A program made the translations under genes and the position numbers. This document shows, in pieces, positions 40,290 through 59,439 of a stretch of 64,000 nt of DNA (position 1 is its first letter; each line of letters opens with the position of its first letter). Source of the DNA: the human T2T-CHM13v2.0 reference genome, Homo sapiens; assembly GCF_009914755.1 (NCBI RefSeq), contig NC_060928.1; one strand, written 5' to 3'. Under the pieces are notes generated by a model. The model was not told the origin of the DNA and did not search any database. It saw only the letters and a program-made list of their open reading frames with translations.

Positions 40290-41090
40290 CGTTACATCAG
40301 TAAACTAGAAGAAAAAGAGTAAAGAAGGAAACCAATAATGAGAAACCATTTGATATTAAGATTGGTGAAAATTCCAATACCAAGTGTTGACAAGAATGGG
40401 CATGATGAGGACCCACATGTGCTTTTGGTGGGAGTGCAAATTGGCACAAGCCTTTTGGAAAACAAAGCTTCAGATGCACGTGGCATTTTGGCAAATAATT
40501 CTACTCCTGGATCTGTGCCTTTGAGGAATTTGGCACACATAAACAAGGAGACTTGTACAAGGGTGTTTATAGTAGCACAGTTTATAATAGCAATAAAATT
40601 GGAAACTACCTGTATGTCCACCAGTGGGAAAACAAATACATAAATGTTTGCATATTCCTATAATACAACTCCTTGCTGTACTTAAATGAATAAAAGCAAC
40701 AGGGATTTATGTAAATACACCTTAAAATCATACTGCTGAAGAAAAGACGAAAGTTGGAAAAGACTTGAACTTTTTTGTACACCATTTACATTAAGTTAAA
40801 AATCAGATAATAAATAGAAATTCATATATTATTTCTGAATGTATACATGCATAATTATGCATCAAATGATGCAAGTAATGGTAATTATAAGATTCTGAAT
40901 GGTGGTTACTCTGGGGAATGAGAAGAGTAAAATGGAATTTAGGAGGGTCGATTGAGGTTGTAATGTGGTTATTTCACAAATAAAAAGACTCAAGTATTCC
41001 AAAATGCTAAGATTTTTTAAAGTTGTATTATGGATACATTATTGTTCATTCTATTCATCTTAAAACATCTCATACAATTTTTTAAAAGTT
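40290..41090 (+). mobile_element. Ancient L1ME-type 3' fragment
   Basis: Degenerate ORF2 end (ETCTRVFIVAQFIIAIKLETT) and 3'UTR. Confidence 0.7.
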
Positions 41091-41176
41091 AAGGAAAACT
41101 GTATCTTAACTGTGGAAACTGCATGTAAGCTAACTCTATTTTCAAGGCACCTGTGTGTTTGAGACAGATTTCATAA

Positions 41177-41701
<525 letters not shown>

Positions 41702-42909
41702 TAATTTTTTTTCCTTCCTACTTTGTAAGTCTTAGGTGTATAATTCATTCATTCTTCCAACTATCCAACAAATATTTGCTGAGCCTCTACTATTTGTAGG
41801 CTGTCTTCTAGGTCCCGGGGGTAGATTGTGGAAAAATAAATCTTCCATTTGATTTGGCCTTTATCCTTGTTGGTTTGTATTATATTTTGTGTACCTGTTT
41901 TAGTTCCCTGAAGGCAAGGAAGAAGAACATTTTACTGTTGTTTGTGCCTGATACATCCTAAATGCTTACACACAAATATTAGTTGAACATATCAATGAAT
42001 TAATGAATATATTTCAGATGGCGGTGACCCAGGAGTGTGTACAAAGCATTAAAAAATCCACTTTTTATTATTCCAATTTTTTTGAATTTTATCTTATTGA
42101 GAATGTTCCCATTTTTAAACTAATGCTCTGAATTATAATAAAAGTTTGCTCTTAAAAAACTAAAAATATCCAGGTTTTTCTCTTTCTAAGCATTCAACCA
42201 TTGCAACTACCTAGGATTCCACCTTTTTTCTTGTTTGTAACGTGGCATACCTGTAAAACAAAGGCTACCATAGGACTGAACACAGACTCCCTCAGAGATA
42301 GTTCTAAAATGACGCTTATTACTCTTCTCTTTTTTAATCCCATCCCCTCTTGCCTAAATATCATAATTTTCTGTTTTTAAGATGATGATTTCTGAAGCAC
42401 AAAGTTCCCGGAAGCTGACTGCTTTAATATCAAATCCAAGCAATAGCTCCTTTCTCAAGGAAAGCAAAGTTGTAGGCTACTGTCAACAAATACCTTTCTA
42501 CCACAGATCCATAAAGATTTCTTCAAAGGTTTCTTTTTGACACTTTCTGACTTGGATGACTGAAAACAAACAAGCTAAAGTGAAAAAAATGAACAATCAC
42601 AAGGACTGATGTTCGTCAGTCAGAGAAGGGACCTATCTAAGTAAACACAGCCTAGGACTCAGGATGGGCTTGGGCAGGTTGCAGCCAGAAGGTGGAAGTC
42701 AGTGACTCCACCACAGGGCAGGCCTGAAGTGTAGTCAGCCTCCAGATTACCAATCACTCTCACACATCCAGTGTAGACAACACAGCTCCAAATCTCTATG
42801 CATTCTGAGGAGCCATGTCAAAGAAAGAAATAGCCCTTCTCCATGCTAGGTAGGCAAAGAAGGATTTTCTTTGGCAGATTTAGTATCCTCAGTAACCTGG
42901 AAACAGGAT

Positions 42910-43219
42910 TTTATTATTATTATTTTTTGAGACAGGGTACCTTGCTCTGTCGCCTAGGCTGGAGTGCAGTAGCAATCATAGCTCATTGCAGCCTTGAACT
43001 CCTAGGCCCAAGTGATCTTCCCACTTCAGCCTCCTTAGTAGCTGGAACTACAGGTACATGCCACCATGCCCAGTTAATTTTTTTTTTGAATTTTTTGTAG
43101 AGATAGATAGGATCTTGCTATGTTGCCCAGGCTTGTCTTGAACTCCTGGCCTCAAGCACTCCTCCCACCTCGGCCTTCCAAAGCACTGGGATTACAGGCA
43201 TGGGCCACTGCACCTGGCC
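42910..43219 (-). mobile_element. AluJ
   Basis: atcatagctcattgcagccttgaactcct J-type diagnostics. Confidence 0.93.
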
Positions 43220-43807
43220 TGAAAATAGGATATTTTTATTGTCTCCATTTTACAGGTGAGAAAACTGAGGCATGGAGAGGTTTTTTTTGTTGTTGTTGTT
43301 TGTTGTTTGTTTGTTTGTTTTCTGTTTTTGTACCTCAACCAAGAATCCTTAACCCGTAGGTACTAATGGAATTGGTACTCTTGAACCTGACCAGGTAAGA
43401 AAGCTTCTTTTCCTATCAGTTACCTTAGGCTTAAGTTCTTTCTTAGGAAATGTCCTGCCCTGTCCCTGCCTCAGCAGTTCTTAACAGTGAAGAACAAACC
43501 TTTTATAAAGAGTTTTGTTCTAAGCCCTTTGTGTGAAGTAGCTTAAATATTCCTCATAACAAGATAGGTACCACTAGTATCCCCATTTTATACCTGAGCA
43601 CACTGAGGCCTGTGGGATTAAGTGATTTGCCTAAGGTCACCCACATAGCTAGTGACTGGCCAAGTAGGAATTCATGCCCACACCCTCAAACTCTTAGCCA
43701 CCACTCTGTCTGGATATGACACCACCACTAGAAACTAAGAATCCATCCTCTAGATCTCTCTCTCTTCCCCCTGACATCCCATTGGACGTATTCATTCAAT
43801 GGCCTGA

Positions 43808-44107
<300 letters not shown>

Positions 44108-44257
44108 AGCCGAAATGGTTTTTGAAACTCATCTTTTGTTTCCCATTGCCACTGGGTGCCGCCATTTTAAGACTTTTAATCTACTGTGGAGGTCAGGAAG
44201 ACTCCTGATCTCCTTCCTGGTCCCTAAACTTTCCCATGAAGCCGGAGTGTTTTTTAA

Positions 44258-45035
44258 ACCATTAGCTCTCAAGCTTGGCTACATGTTGGAATCACCTGGG
44301 AAGCTTTAAAATGCACTGATGCATTCAAAAAATAGAACACCATTCAGCACTGAAAAGAAATGAGTGATCAAGCCATGGAAAGACACGGAGGAACTGTAAA
44401 TGCATATTGCTAAGTGAGAAAAAGCCTGAAAAGGCAACTGCATGATTACAACCATATAACATTCTAGAAAAGGCAAAACTATGGAGACAGTAAAAAGATC
44501 AGTGGTGGCCAGAGGTTAAATGGGGAGAGACGGATGAACAGGCAGAGCACACAAGATTTTTAGGGCAGTGAAATTGCTCTCTATGATACCACAATGATGG
44601 ATTCATGTCATTATAAATTTGTCCAAACCTCTAGAATGTACAACACCAAGAGTGAGCCCTAATGGAAACTATGGACTTTGGGTGATTATGACATGTCAGT
44701 GTTGGTTCATTGATGTGACAAATGTGCCACATTGGTGGGGGATGCTGATAGGGAGAGAGGCCATGCATGTGATGCAGCCAGTGCTATATGAGAAATCTCT
44801 GTACCTGCACAATTTTGCTGTGAACCTAAAACTGCTCTGAAAATATGGAGTGGTTTTTTTTTTTTTTGAAGTTAATATGGGCAAGGCAACTAGAAAAAAA
44901 AATACTGATGTCTGGATTCCCTCACAGAGATTCTGATTCAATTGGTCTGGGATGTGGTCTGAGGACCAGGAGTTTTAAAAGCTCCCCAAGTGATTCTGAT
45001 ATTCAGTAGAGTTAAGACAAACGTTGTTCTAAACC
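44258..45035. mobile_element. MER5A1-type element split by an L1MC fragment
   Basis: ggaatcacctgggaagctttaaaa...; resumes as tactgatgtctgg...gagattctgattcaattggtctggg. Confidence 0.75.
44325..44845 (+). mobile_element. L1MC1-type 3' fragment
   Basis: gaatgtacaacaccaagagtgagccctaat...tgtgaacctaaaactgctct. Confidence 0.82.
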
Positions 45036-46841
45036 AAAAATACAAGTTTATAAGAGGTGTCACATCTATTTAAAGAACTGCGTTACTATGGGAAATTCCT
45101 TAGCATGGCAGATGGTACCGCCCTGCGAATGCCTCAACCTGAATTTTCTAAATGTGTCTTTTAAGAATTTTTACCTCAACCTTCCTGCACATGTGTGTAC
45201 ACATACATACACATACACACACCAACAAACATGTGCTTGCATGCACATACTAAATACATGCTAATCACATGAAGTATGTCATGCCTCCAGAATACACCAT
45301 GTTCCTTGATCTTTCTAAGCCTTTGCACATTCTGTTCCCCTGGCCTGGAATACCCTTTCTCTCCTTTCTTGAATGCGAAACTTCTATTCACTGTCAAAAA
45401 CCTCCTTAAATTGTTCCTTTCCTCTGCCTGGAAGCTTTCTCTGATCCTCTAAGGTGGAGGCTCTCCTCTCTGAGCACACATGACAGATGTATCTGCTCTC
45501 ACTGCCTTAACTGATGCATAGGCAGGTGTTTAGATTATGTCTCCTCCTTTATTGTCAAATTGTTCTGAAGCATGGAATACATGCTCTGTGTCATCTGCCA
45601 CCAACCACTCCGCCCTCACTCACCCCTGTCCAATTCAATCTCGCGTTACTCTCCCTATCACCCCATGCTCCAGCCATGGCCCTTCTTCTTCTTCTTTCTG
45701 CAATGGAACCTCTGTTGGGATTGATTCCTGAGTCAGGATTGATCCTCTAGCATGGCAGAGGAGTATTATGTTCTTCCCCTGTTTCTCCTCTAGCTAAAAC
45801 CAACTCATCCTTAAAACAGTCCAACTATCACCTTCTCAGAGAAGCCTTCTGAGATTTCTCCCAGACTGGAGGCAAATTTCCTTTGTTGTATTCACTCATA
45901 GACTTATTATGTTCCTTTTCTCTAAATTTGAAATTATAAACATATTTTTGTGACATCACTTCACCCAACCATAAGCATATAAGAGCAGGAATGTATTTGT
46001 TTTTGCATATGTTTATATTTCTAGCACCTAGCACCAAGTCTGGCATCCAGTAGGCATCCTTTAAACAGTTGATATGAGAATGAATAAATGCCTGGCACAT
46101 AGTAAGTACTCAATTATTTCAGTTATTATTGATAAGCTTGGTGAGAGCAAGCAATACATCTTCCTTTTTAGAACCCCCAGGCTTTGGAATATAGTGGGCA
46201 CTCAGTAGGAGACTGCTTTGTGCATTATCAAAGCTAATGATATTCCTTGGACTTCATCTAATAATCAGCATGTTAAGTATGTCAAAGGTATTTTTCTCCA
46301 TCTTAAAACCACAAACAATAAAGACTGTTTATTCACATAGTCATTGCTGCAGCTAGAAATTGCCTGAAGCCACTGGGAAATTAATAAGGAAGTAATGGTT
46401 TAAAGAGGGGTGAGAGACCTCTAATAAGAGAAAACCTAAGTGAACCTATGCCGTTAAAAGTTGAACTGACTCCATGTAAATAAATATAACAACAGAAAAC
46501 ATGGTTTTAACTACGTTTATTTAAATGAGTCAGTCTCGTTACCAGTTTGTAGTTGTACATAATGAAATCAGTCCATCATACATTTTTAAGAAGGGAAGAA
46601 ATAACATAAGAACATTACTTTGGTTCAAATTTGGGGGAGGCAGATTCTAAAATTTTCCAGAAAACTCTATGGTCAGAAAACCTAAATTAATCTTTTTTCA
46701 AGTAGATTTTTAAATAGTAAATCTATGTGTTGATATTATCATATCCACAGATTATTCTAGAGAGTCATATTAAAACTGTGGCCATACTTTCCTTCCATGA
46801 AGAATTTGCAGAATTTTCATAAGAAGATAGATCTCGATATA

Positions 46842-47864
46842 GGAGGACAGCCAAGATGGCCGAATAGGAACAGCGCCGGTCTATAGCTCCCAGCGTGAGC
46901 GACGCAGAAGACGGGTGATTTCTGCATTTTCATCTGAGGTACCAGGTTCATCTCACTAGGGAGTGCTGGACAGTGGGTGCAGAGCACCGTGCGCAAGCCG
47001 AAGCAGGGTGAGGCATTGCCTTACTCGGGAAGCGCAAGGGGTCAGGGAGTTCCCTTTCTTAGTCAAAGTAAGGGGTGACAGATGGCACCTGGAAAATCGG
47101 GTCACTCCCACCCTAATACTGCACTTTTCCGACGGGCTTAAAAAGGCGCACCAGGAGATTATATCCCGCACCTGGCTCGGAGGGTCCTACGCCCACGGAA
47201 TCTCGCTGATTGCTAGCACAGCAGTCTGAGATCAAACTGCAAGGCGGCGGCAGCGAGGCTGGGGGAGGGGCGCCTGCCATTGCCCAGGCTTGCTTAGGTA
47301 AACAAAGCAGCTGGGAAGCTCAAACTGGGTGGAGCCCACACCACAGCTCAAGGAGGGCTGCCTGCCTCTGTAGGCTCCACCTCTGGGGGCAGGGCACAGA
47401 CAAACAAAAAGACAGCAGTAACCTCTGCAGACTTAAATGTCCCTGTCTCACAGCTTTGAAGAGAGCAGTGGTTCTCCCAGCACGCAGCTGGAGATCTGAG
47501 AATGGGCAGACTGCCTCCTCAAGTGGGTCCCTGACCCCTGACCCCTGAGCAGCCTAACTGGGAGGCACCCCCCAGTAGGGGCAGACTGACACCTCACACG
47601 GCCGGGTACTCCTCTGAGACAAAACTTCCAGAGGAACGATCAGACAGCAGCATTCGTGGCGCACGAAACTCCGCTGTTCTGCAGACACCGCTGCTGATAC
47701 CCAGGCAAACAGGGTCTGGAGTGGACCTCTAGCAAATTCAACAGACCTGCAGCTGAGGGTCCTGTCTGTTAGAAGGAAAACTAACAAACAGAAAGGACAT
47801 CCACACCAAAAACCCATCTGTACATCACCATCATCAAAGACCAAAAGTAGATAAAACCACAAAG
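46842..47864 (+). promoter_or_regulatory. L1 5'UTR: CpG-rich sense promoter with YY1 site, plus antisense promoter
   Basis: CAAGATGGCCG at 46852-46862; many retained CpGs; activity not shown by sequence alone. Confidence 0.8.
47113..47280 (-). pseudogene. L1 ORF0, frameshifted to 55 aa
   Basis: Manual translation: MAGAPPPASLPPPCSLISDCCASNQRDSVGVGPSEPGAGYNLLVRLFKPVGKVQY*. Confidence 0.8.
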
Positions 47865-48879
47865 ATGGGGAAAAAACAGAGCAGAAAAACTGGAAACTCT
47901 AAAAAGCAGAGCGTCCCTCCAAAGGAACCCAGCTCCTCACCAGCAATGGAACAAAGCTGGATGGAGAATGACTTTGACGAGCTGAGAGAAGAAGGCTTCA
48001 GACCATCAAACTACTACGAGCTACAGGAGGAAATGCAAACCAAAGGCAAAGAAGTTAAAAACTTTGAAAAAAATTTAGACAAATGTGTAACTAGAATAAC
48101 CAATACACAGAAGTGCCTAAAGGAGCTGATGGAGCCAAAAGCCAAGGCTCGGGAACTACGTGAAGAATGCAAAAGCTTCAGGAGCCGATGCGATCAACTG
48201 GAAGAAAGGGTATCAGTGATGGAAGACGAAATGAATGAAATGAAGCGAGAAGGGAAGTTTAGAGAAAAAAGAATAAAAAGAAATGAACAAAGCCTCCAAG
48301 AAATATGGCACTATGTGAAAAGACCAAATCTACGTCTGATTGGTGTACCTGAAAGTGACGGGGAGAATGGAACCAAGTTGGAAAACACTGTGCAGGATAT
48401 TATCCAGGAGAACTTCCCCAATCTAGCAAGGCAGGCCAACATTCAGATTCAGGAAATACAGAGAACGCCACAAAGATACTCCTCGAGAAGAGCAACTCCA
48501 AGACACATAATTGTCAGATTCACCAAAGTTGAAATGAAGGAAAAAATGTTAAGGGCAGCCAGAGAGAAAGGTCGGGTTACCCACAGAGGGAAGCCCATCA
48601 GACTAACAGCAGATCTCTCGGCAGAAACTCTACAAGCCAGAAGAGAGTGGGGGCCAATATTCAACATTCTTAAAGAAAAGAATTTTCAACCCAGAATTTC
48701 ATATCCAGCCAAACTAAGCTTCATAAGTAAGTGAAGGAGAACTAAAATACTTTACAGACAAGCAAATGCTGAGAGATTTTGTCACCACCAGGCCTGCCCT
48801 AAAAGAGCTCCTGAAGGAAGCACTAAACATGGAAAAGAACAACCGGTACCAGCCACTGCAAAATCATGCCAAATTGTAA
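47865..48879 (+). pseudogene. L1 ORF1p, open for 289 aa then frameshifted
   Basis: MGKKQSRK...REKG...YPAKLSF; a 4-bp duplication (taagtaag near 48725-48732) gives a stop at 48734; original stop 48877-48879. Confidence 0.92.
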
Positions 48880-48942
48880 AGACCATCAAGGCTAGGAAGA
48901 AACTGCATCAACTAACTAGCAAAATAACCAGCTAACATCATA

Positions 48943-52767
<3,825 letters not shown>

Positions 52768-53055
52768 ACAACGAGAACACATGGACACAGGAAGGGGAAC
52801 ATCACACTCTGGGGACTGTTGTGGGGTGGGGGGAGAGGGGAGGGATAGCATTAGGAGATATACCTAATGCTAAATGACGAGTTAATGGGTGCAGCACACC
52901 AGCATGGCACATGTATACATATGTAACTAACCTGCACATTGTGCACATGTACCCTAAAACTTAAAGTATAATAATAATAATAATAAAAAGACATTATTTA
53001 AAAAAAAGGAAGCTAGATCTCCCTCAGGATTCCAGGATCTCGTTTCTATCTGTGA

Positions 53056-53511
<456 letters not shown>

Positions 53512-53964
53512 TCTCATCAGATATTCTAAACCAGCATAGCAGAAAGACTGGAAGGCAATCACACCATGGCGGACCTGATCATGGACACACATGGAGGCTC
53601 TGCAGTCCCCAGTTCATGGCTGTTCTTTTAGAGGATCCACAGATTATTCCACAGATCTCCAGATCAGACTCCACAGAAGCCCTGACATCAAAGATTCTCA
53701 ATGGGTAGTAAAATAGAATAAATACTCAATTACAGTGATTGTCCAATGCTGAATGTTAGTTAACACCCTTGCAGGGTTACAGCTGGGTCCCAGGCTCTCT
53801 TCCCCTCCCTCATTCTCCTTTCTTTTTGAGCTTCCCCCTTCTTAATGGTCTTCAAGATTTTAATTACCAGATACTCAAAAGACTCACAGCTTATATCTAA
53901 CTGCCTTTTTGACAACCCTCAGTGTCTCAAATGCCCTGAAATCCAACACATAAAAAAATAAACA

Positions 53965-54135
<171 letters not shown>

Positions 54136-57123
54136 AAACAATCAAAAAATACAGCTCAATGCCTCCTTCCATTTAACCACCCATGCAAAAGCCAACTGAA
54201 ATATTCTTCCTGTCCGTATTCAGTGAAGGGGACCAGCATCCAGCCTGCTCTACAAGCTAAAATGCAGAAGGCATCATTGTCACCCCCATCTCTTGTGAGG
54301 TGTCCTTATTCAACTTAATCATCAAAGTGTGCTAATTTTTCTTTCCTAAAATCTTTCAAATGCATTCACTTTTCTAAGGGATCTTTCTTTCAACAGCTTC
54401 CATTGCTTTGGAATATTATGTTTTATTTATTCACTGTGTATGTTAAAATATATTAAAGGCAGCATCTTCAAATAAAAAAAATTACCAGAAAGAAACTCTC
54501 CACAAAAAAGCCCCAGGCCCAGATGGTTTCACAGGGGAATTAGGGCCATGTAAGTTCTCATAGGAGAATTCTACACAACTTTTAAAAGTGAAATAACTTC
54601 AGTGCCATCCAAATTGCTTTGGAGAAAGAAAAAAAAGAATATTACCCAAATGGTCATGAGGCTCGGATATTAGTAACACTCAACACTGACAATGACATCA
54701 TATAAGAGGGAATATCAACTGAATTTCTCGTTTGAATCCAATTCTCCTTTACAATTACAAGAAATTGTAAATAAATATCAGCAGTAATTAATGTGGCCCA
54801 GTAAAAGGAGTGGATTTTTTTTTAGAAATGAAATAATGATTAATTAACAAGAAATCTATCATGACGAAATTAGTTTTACAGACAGGAAAATCAGCATGAA
54901 GTCAAATCTCAGACCTACCACTTACTGGCTATCTGGTCTTGCCCAAGTTACATAGCCTGTGAATGTGGGTTTTCTTAACTTTGGAGTGAGAACAGTAATG
55001 ATACCTAGTTCTAAGCTGGGCAAAGATTAAATGAGTTGATGCATGTAAAGAAATTAAAATACTGCCTTGAGCATCAGTTGCACTGAATAAGCATCAATTA
55101 TTCTTATTAATATATTTACTCATAATAATAAAAAGAGAAGAGTAAAACCGTCTCCTTGGACATCAGAGATACATTTGATAAAATTCGACATCCATTTTTT
55201 TTTTACTTTAAATAGCTCTTAATAGAATAAGAATAGATATTACCTTAACATGAGAAATATGTCTATCTCAAATCTCAGATAATCACCTTGCTTAATGAAA
55301 AAATCTAGAAGCATTCCTATTAAAGTCAGACACAAGAGAAGGATGTTAATTATCCTCACTATTATTCAACATTTTTTCTGATGGTACTAGCCAATATAAT
55401 TAGACAAAAGAAAGAAATAAGATATAAAAATTTTAAAAGACTTAGTAAAATCATTGTTATTTGAAAATGATATAAAAATTTAGCTAGAACATCCAAGAGG
55501 GTAAACTAAAAAAATTATAAATATTAAGAATAGTTTAAAGGTGTCTGGGAATAAAATTAACATATAGAAGTCAATAACTTTCGTAAGTACAAACCAAATC
55601 AATTAAACTACAAAATGGAAGAAAAGGCCCAATTTGTGATCACGAAAGTTATTAAGAAATGGAAAATATGTACATATATATGTCTAAATATATGCATATG
55701 ACCACACACACACATGTATCTATACATACACACATATACACACACACAAGAAACTCTCAAAATGTTACCAAGAGACACAAGAAAGATCTCAAAAAGGAGT
55801 TCATTGGAGAAGCTATCCAAGATTTTGAACAGAAAGACAAAACATCATCATAATAGCAATTTTCCCAACATAAATTTGTAAATTTAACCAGATTTCAATA
55901 AATACCAACTAATTTATGTTCAAATTAGATAATCTGATTCCAAAGTTCAAATGAAAAAAAAGTCACAAGGATTCACAAATCCTGAAAAGAAGAATGATGA
56001 GGTTATACAAATTCTAACAGATGCTAACATATATTATAAAGAAATAATAATTTAGCAAGTGTTATATTGGATTAAGAACACAAAGCCAAAAAATACAAAG
56101 AATAGAGAACAGGAATTGGAATACAGAAATGGGCTCGAATACTTAAGGTAATTTAGAAATATGCTAAAATTAATATTTCAAATCAGTGAGAAAAGGACGT
56201 ATCAGTCAATGAATAGTGTTTGGGCAACTGAGTAACTAAACAGTTTCCTCTCATTTTGTAACCCCTAAAATTTCAGGTGGATCAATTATTTAAACATAAA
56301 GAAAAAAATCACCCCATTTTAAAGGTGGCATTAGAAAACATAGAAGAATATATCATTGTTAGCTCAGAGGCCTGTTACTAATTACAAAACATAAACCAGA
56401 TGACATAGGGAAAATACCACATCATCTCACACAAACAAAAACAAAAATATTCAATGGAAAGCAAACTTAAAAAAAGAACTTATGAGCTTGTAATGCAATT
56501 TTAGTATATCACAGCAAAGTTGTTTCTTTAAAATATAACATCCTACATATCTGTAAGGAAAAACAACCCAGTTAAAAAATGGATTAAGTATACGAACAAA
56601 CAATTCACAAGAAAGAAAATAAAGTGGCTCTTAAGTATATGAGAAGATAATAAATATCTCCTGTCATAAGAGACATACATATTAAAATGAAAATGAGATG
56701 CTATTTTTCACTGATAATAGTGAAGAAAATTTTAATAACTTCTAGTTCTTGAAAAGTGGGAAAATAGTCATTTTCATATGCTGCTGGTGTAACTGAAACT
56801 TGGTACAACCACTATGTTGAATAACTTGAAAATATCTATCAAAATTACAATGTATATATCTTTTCATCTGGCAATTCTACTTCTAGAAATTTCTCCTACA
56901 TATTTAGTTTTTTAGTTGCTCCTGTGCAAAATCAAATCTGAAAAGATACTTGTACATCATTGTGAATAGTAGAAAAATATTAGAAACAACCTAAATGTCC
57001 ATCAATAAAATACAGGCAAAATGAATTATGGTATATCTTTAGAGTGATAACCTTCTCTAGGATATATTTCTATTGCTTTTATAAAGAATGCCACTGCTCA
57101 ACGGTTAGCACTGCAGACATAGA

Positions 57124-57168
57124 GTGTGTGTGTGTGTGTGCGCGTGTGTGTGCATGCGTGTGTGTGTG
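57124..57168. repeat. (TG)n/(CG) alternating purine-pyrimidine tract
   Basis: gtgtgt...gcgcgtgtg...gcatgcgtgtg. Confidence 0.9.
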
Positions 57169-57269
57169 TTTAAAGCAATATATGCTTGTATATTCATGGA
57201 ATATCTCTGGAAGAAAATGCAAGAAACTGGCAATGTTAACTGCCTCTCTCTAGAGAGGGGAACTGAGTG

Positions 57270-57534
<265 letters not shown>

Positions 57535-58341
57535 TTACATTTCAAGCATTTTTACACACTTTGGATTTTGTGCTATATGAATAAATTACAGTACAAATAC
57601 TTTTTTTTAACAAAATGAGATAGTGAGGGTTAGTTAAATGGCTTGCAGTGTTTGGCACAGAGTCATCTGGCAATAAATGGCTGTTATATTCACTATTATA
57701 ATACTGATTAGGAATTGGAAAGTGACGGTGAGAAATGGAAAATCATAGAACCAAGTGGTGGCCTGTTTTGGATAAAGGATCCCTGTCCCTTAAATATTAG
57801 AGTGAACCATATCAAATAGTGAATATTTAACAATCTTTGACCTGAAAAAAACAGCAATTCCATATAATTCAATCCAATATTATTTTTGTCTGTGTAAATT
57901 AGACTGTAAGGTGATGGTGACAATAATGGTGGCCGTTAGTTCAATTATTTCTCACCATCTGAACCTACTTCTAGATTTAGAGAGTAAGGAATCAGAGAAT
58001 TAATTAAACTAATGGGTATACTGGGCTGTATAAATCAATTTTATTCCTTAGTTTCAGATATCGAGTAGCTTAAACGGGAGTACAAAGGATTTATTTGAAA
58101 TATTACTGAAAATTCATTGATTCCTGAAATAGGATAGAAAGAGAATGGACATTGAGGGTAAGTGAGGGATGTCTGTTTTTGCAAGAGAACCTTATGGCTT
58201 AAAAAGCATTTCAATATAAGTGGCGTCATTTATTCTTTAACCTGTGCAGGTAGGTATTAGCCCACTAACCCATCCCGAAACCCATTTTACAGAAGAGTAA
58301 CTGTTCCTGTTCTTAATTGCAAGCCAGAGTTAGATGCAATG

Positions 58342-58574
58342 TACTCATCCCTCAGCATACTCAGGAGATTGGTTCCAGGACCCCCACGAACACCCAAATC
58401 TGTGCATACTCAGAGCCTTCCCTGCAGAACCTACAGATAAGAAAAATTGGCCCTTCATATACGTGGCTTTCACATCCTGTGATTACTGTATTTTTGAACA
58501 GTCTGTAGTTTTAAAAAATCCACATATAGGTGGACCCTCGCAGTTCAAACTGATGTTGTTCAAGGGTGAACTGT
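58342..58574. mobile_element. MER8-type Tigger derivative
   Basis: gattggttccaggacccc...gttgttcaagggtgaactg. Confidence 0.75.
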
Positions 58575-59396
58575 GCAATTAATGTTGAAGTAATTAATTG
58601 ACAAAGGATAAGACCCACTGTCGAAGCCTGACCCCTCTTCAACAGTCAGAGGAATTTCGCAGGCAAGGTTTTATCTTTCCTGCCTTCTGTTAGTGAGATA
58701 CCAAGAATTCCAAAACTTATGAAGTTACATGTAACAGGGTTCCTGCCATTTTGTGTATATGTGTAAATTCTGCTAATCAGTGTTAATCAACATCATGTAG
58801 ACCTCTGTTTTTCTACTGAAGGTTTCTACTCATGGTAAAACTGTTCAAGAATTTGGTAGGTGGCCACATATTTTTTTCTTTAGGTAAAGCACAGACAGAA
58901 TCCAAGGCGAAAGTTGGAAGAGGAAGGATAAAAAATAACTTCTTCAATTCCTAAGGCTACAAATACTTTCGAAAAATAAAATCCACATTGTCAGTTCTCC
59001 AGAGTTGACTTCTGCTCTTAAGTCAAAAGTTTCCATAATGATCCATGGCATGATTGAACGGAAAAGGGGTTGCTCCATCCCTACCTTCTTTCACAAAGTT
59101 TAGAAATTAGGCTTGAAGAGAAGAGAGAGGAATTAGCTGCTTCTTGAGTAGACTTTGAGTCTTATGCTATGATTGGCCAAGAACAAATTTTAAGGAGATC
59201 AGAGCAATATGTATGAGACTCTGAGGAGCATAGACATAAGTAGTATCAAATAGGGAGACCAGAGTAGACCCAGACATACAGCAGATGCTTAGTAAATGCG
59301 GGCTGAATGGAAGTGAATGAGTCCTTCAAATGGAATACCAAGAAAAGACCACCCCAAACCATCCTATACCAGTAGGCAGATAAACCTGGGTCAGCC

Positions 59397-59439
59397 TCCA
59401 TCCCTCCATCCATCCATCCATCCGTCCATCCATCCATCC
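59397..59439. repeat. (TCCA)n microsatellite
   Basis: Tandem catc units. Confidence 0.9.
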
